Part shown: piece after piece, positions 62,436-64,000 of the stretch
Numbering within the stretch: the stretch's first letter is position 1
Layout of the letters: each line of letters starts with the position of its first letter
Notes under the pieces: model-generated
Database searches by the model: none
What the model was told of the DNA's origin: nothing
What the model saw: only the letters and a program-made list of their open reading frames with translations
Origin: Botryllus schlosseri
Lineage: Eukaryota
Length of the DNA stretch: 64,000 nucleotides
Assembly (NCBI GenBank): GCA_051294905.1
Contig: CM119371.1
Coordinates: forward strand, 32,490,001-32,554,000
Direction of reading: 5' to 3'
Made by a program: the position numbers and the translations under genes

Positions 62436-63164
62436 ACCTAAAACTTCATATGTCTTGGTGCACCGTCCAATGTCCAACGACGATATGCCCATTTCTATAA
62501 ATACTGCGTATTTTTTCTTGGGATATTTGGCAACTGGAAATCACAAATGTTGAATAAATATTCAAAAAATACTCCATAATTTATGATAATTCACGAAATA
62601 ATTTTGGGCCCGATTCGAGCTCGCCCCTCCAATTGGGGTTTTGGGGGTGCAGCAGTTACGGTCCTGCTTATATAACAATGGATATTATTATTATTATTAA
62701 TAAATAATGCATATACATTAATGCATAGGGCATACATCGTAAGTCAATCCATACTAGTTTCAATGTGGAACATAGGTTTGTTTTGGAGACGGGTCCACGA
62801 AAAGTATTAAATCTTTGAAACCGCTCCGCAGAGCTAAAATGGTTGCCGACCCCTTCCTTAATACATACTTTATAGGGGTGTGTTCTGCGCATCCTTCAAC
62901 GATTTGAAATCTTTTTATATCTGAAAACTCCTCAAATTATCAATGACTTTAGACAAACACTCATTGAGCAAGCACATGCATTGCAGTTTTGCACCAAAGC
63001 CACCCATGGCATGTAGAATTTTACTTTGTCTTAGATTAGAACTTCTATGAGTATGTTTCTGTGACTTCATTCTACGCTCAGCTCAGATAAGTGTTCTTGA
63101 GATGGTCTATCCACAATGTCTGAATCTCAAAAACTTCAGATATTCAATACTGAACCAGCTAACA

Positions 63165-64000
63165 CAGTGGTTCCCAACCTTTTTCATCTCGTGCCTCCCT
63201 TGGCCGAAATTTAAGCCAAAATTCCCCCCTTAGGATAAATCTGCCCGATGATTAAAAATGATCGTTTTTACGGCGCAAACACCTGTTGACTGAGAGAATA
63301 AGTACCGAGTGATTGTTTCTAGCAGTGCTGTAATAACACTTTGCAGACCTCTAAAAACAATGGTCTTGGTCCCAATCAAACAAATTGTTGAAGGCTTGAC
63401 TCAACAGACCCCCACACTTCCATTTGTGTTTTCGGCTTACCATGCACCAATCGCTAAAACAATTGCCGTGAAAAATCAGTATGCATAAGTTTACAGGTCA
63501 TGCGATTTTTTTCTCAAGCTTGCGTATGCATTTGGCAATAATATTGGTACTTTCACATATGGCATAGGGTTGACCAAACTCGAGTCTGACTCGGGTCACC
63601 ATTTTCTGATGACTCGACTTGACTCAAGTCATTTTCTCAAAATGCGGACTCGACTCGACTCGAGACAATCTGGGTATTGACTCGACTTGGACTCGAGTCA
63701 TTGTGCATGACTCAAACCAAGCCATATGACTCGAGACTATAAGACGGTCAAGGCCGCCATTTCATTATAATTTCGAAGAACAGTAAAGTGACCACCCTAT
63801 CGGAATTTCGTCTAGTGATCTTGGTACTTGACAATGCGACAAGAAACTGCTCAAAGTGAGGAAAATTAGTACATCACAAATCCAAATCATTCAATATCAC
63901 CAATCAGTGTTGACTTGAGTGTGACTTGGAATCGGACTCGAGTCATAATACCATGACTCGGACTCTACCCTGAGCTCGGAGACTTGGACTCGGACTTGAT
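63165..64000. mobile_element. hAT element of the 2637-4394 family, running off the window, with a GACTCGA MITE from ~63565
   Basis: Colinear with 2637-3520 and preceded by AGCTAACA. Confidence 0.88.

Larger units (their letters stand above)
58884..62666. mobile_element. CAGGACCGTAAC-family hAT element with nested insertions
   Basis: TIR CAGGACCGTAAC / GTTACGGTCCTG with perfect TSD CTTATATA. Confidence 0.9.
49557..63164 (+). repeat. Segmental duplication, copy B (paralogous to ~17640-32842)
   Basis: Colinear with copy A. It ends in sequence matching the 3' flank of ZNF array 2. Confidence 0.9.

Overview
AT-rich, repeat-saturated animal (eukaryotic) genomic DNA. The repeat content resembles an invertebrate such as a tunicate, but the species cannot be fixed from the sequence. 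The only host-type coding sequences are two minus-strand tandem C2H2 zinc-finger exons: 10537-11739 (14 units, 5'-truncated and decaying at the 3' end) and 33662-34858 (13 fingers). Both use a non-canonical AG(I/V)K(N/K)H linker and share homologous flanks. A ~14-15 kb segmental duplication (about 17640-32842 vs 49557-63164) predicts a third finger exon just beyond the window end. The rest is mostly mobile DNA: many hAT-type non-autonomous elements with 8-bp TSDs nested up to five deep, decayed hAT transposases of several clades, TA-TSD MITEs, tRNA-derived SINEs and two LINE 3' fragments. Two structures stand out. One is a 241-bp LTR followed by a 42-nt reverse copy of mature tRNA-Leu, far beyond a normal 18-nt PBS, inserted without a TSD into a MITE; it looks like a captured read-through plus-strand strong-stop cDNA. 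The other is a LINE fragment flanked by a ~135-bp direct repeat. All alignments were done by eye.
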